From: Iphione sp. A-MEVVRFRX5
Lineage: Eukaryota
DNA length: 64,000 nt
Direction of reading: 5' to 3'
Assembly (NCBI GenBank): GCA_976226885.1
Contig: OZ320314.1
Coordinates: 39,432,001-39,496,000 of the forward strand
The notes under the pieces are model-generated. The model saw only the letters and a program-made list of their open reading frames with translations. It was not told the origin of the DNA and searched no databases. Below are positions 62,332-64,000 of the stretch, piece by piece (position 1 is the first letter of the stretch; the number at the start of each line of letters is the position of its first letter). A program made the translations under genes and the position numbers.

Positions 62332-64000
62332 GTGAGCATAAAACTTTAAACGTTTTCTTTCAAGTCAGTCGTAATTTACACCTTTTCTCCCTGACAATTT
62401 GTGTGGTATAGTGAAGCCGTTGGCTTTTGGGCCGTGTCAGTCAGTTGATACCTGACCTGACAGTAGCACGTTCGTGAGATTACCTTAAAGACGTTTCTTG
62501 TTGAGATACTTTAATACAGTTTTACTTCAAAGAGTCTCCGTAATCCCCCCCCCCCCAAATATCATAGTGAGTAGTTTTATTTGCGCACATATTTCCTCAG
62601 ATCCGTAGCACAAATAGCTGTAGATAATGTTGTAGCTTGGGGGATGTAAGCCTTGCGGAAAAGTCCTGCTACATGACATCACACATGAGTGACTGAGCGC
62701 AAACACGCTCGGTAGTCATGTCTGGGGGTCTTATAGTCCATTCAACCATTGTCAACAGGACATTTTCTGTGTAGCCACTTGCATCTATTCGTGTTATGTA
62801 AATCAAACGTTTGATACCTTCTTTTTTTGACCGTCAGGGTAAAAATTGTGTCGACCGTGAAGCACATATGCCTTTCTCGAGTTTACTAGGAAGATTACAG
62901 TCACATTATGTGACTGAGAAAATAGTTGGGTTCCAAAAGCAGAATCCTGGATATGTAAGGACGACATACTGCTCTGAATTTTATAGTCGTTATTTCTTCG
63001 GAAAGTTTAGATTTAAGCTATCACTGGATATATTATGAAAAAAAACGGGGAGTGTCTTGGGCTCCAAAACTTTTAAAGCGGCGACAAAAATTTACGGTTT
63101 GTTTTTAATGACTGCAAAGCATACATGTGTAATGTATGCATGTAATGTGATGCATTTGTTTGTTAGACAGTGCGTATGACAGGAATTATCGCCGATGCAT
63201 ATTATACACGTTTATTATAATTATTATTGAAGTGATCCTAAAATAGTCATTTGATATGTAAGAGTTTGCGTGTTGCATAGTTTGTCTATTTGTATTGCCA
63301 GTTGTCATCAATGACTTTTCGCAACACAGTTGCTGGGATAACTCTGTCGCTTACCCACACTCGCCAGCACACACAGAGTTAAAGTTTTTTTCCCATGTAT
63401 CACCCTTCTACACCTAGTCATCCACACTTAAACACAAGGCATGCATGTACACGTTCGGTATGACTCGTGTGCATCGAAAAGTGTCTATTGAATGTTTACT
63501 TGTCTTGTTTCATCGATTAGATGAAGTTCTTGGCCCATTTGCCCTCCATTTATTTACTAGCATGTGTTCAATGACGTATCAGTTGTAACTTGGTTCATTA
63601 AGCAAATGCAGATTGCCCGCATTTGCATTTTCATAATTTCACTTGCATATTAAGATCAGCTACACGTTTTCACTGTATGTGTCTAGTCGTATTTAAGCAA
63701 CGATGATAGAGAGTTTTTATTACTCTCTCTGTATATCACTTGTTCAGAAATGAGTGCTCAGAATAGAAATTTACGTGTGAACCTTGCTAGTAGAGTGAAC
63801 CCTTCAGTACTAACTGGAACAAGTGTGGACATGACCATAACTAGGAAGAGATGGTTCCAGTTGATATTCTGATGTTCAAATCAGAAAAAAAATCGAGCTT
63901 TAGTTTTGTTCAGCCTACCCTATAAACACAATAGAATCTCCCGGCTTGAGACTCCCGTATATAAACTATCAGTACAGATTTGTTAGAAATGGCTGCTTCT

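Noticed and set aside
62332-64000. Next LARP1 exon (expected to start ..EYYFS) or a third La-start exon copy
   Set aside because: Not found in any frame by eye; presumably beyond the window.
1-64000. tRNA, rRNA or snoRNA genes
   Set aside because: No convincing cloverleaf, A/B-box pair or C/D box with terminal stem was seen; a covariance-model scan would be needed to exclude them.

Overview
Eukaryotic (metazoan) genomic DNA. An amphioxus-like marine invertebrate is my inference from composition, TACATGTA-rich noncoding DNA and GC-rich codons; it is not demonstrated. Bases ~1-24,400 are a transposon graveyard. It holds two decayed Ty3/Gypsy pol copies facing each other, an RTE-clade LINE RT fragment fused to one of them, a probable solo LTR, a Tigger/pogo transposase relic, several TIR MITEs, a hAT-like element with a 5-bp TSD and two hammerhead-ribozyme-like cores. 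From ~25,600 to the window end lies the 5' part of one + strand gene, a LARP1 (La-related protein 1) orthologue. It has a housekeeping-type promoter, a first coding exon at 26327-26759, a ~29-kb intron, then six phase-consistent exons up to the start of the La motif; the rest of the gene is beyond the window. The most interesting observation is a second, diverged copy of the exon encoding the start of the La motif (62231-62331). A frame-correcting 17/23-nt micro-exon candidate (61401-61423) precedes it, suggesting mutually exclusive splicing of the RNA-binding module. There is a 212-N assembly gap at 38410-38621. Most ORFs in the supplied track are spurious. All alignments and folds were done by eye.
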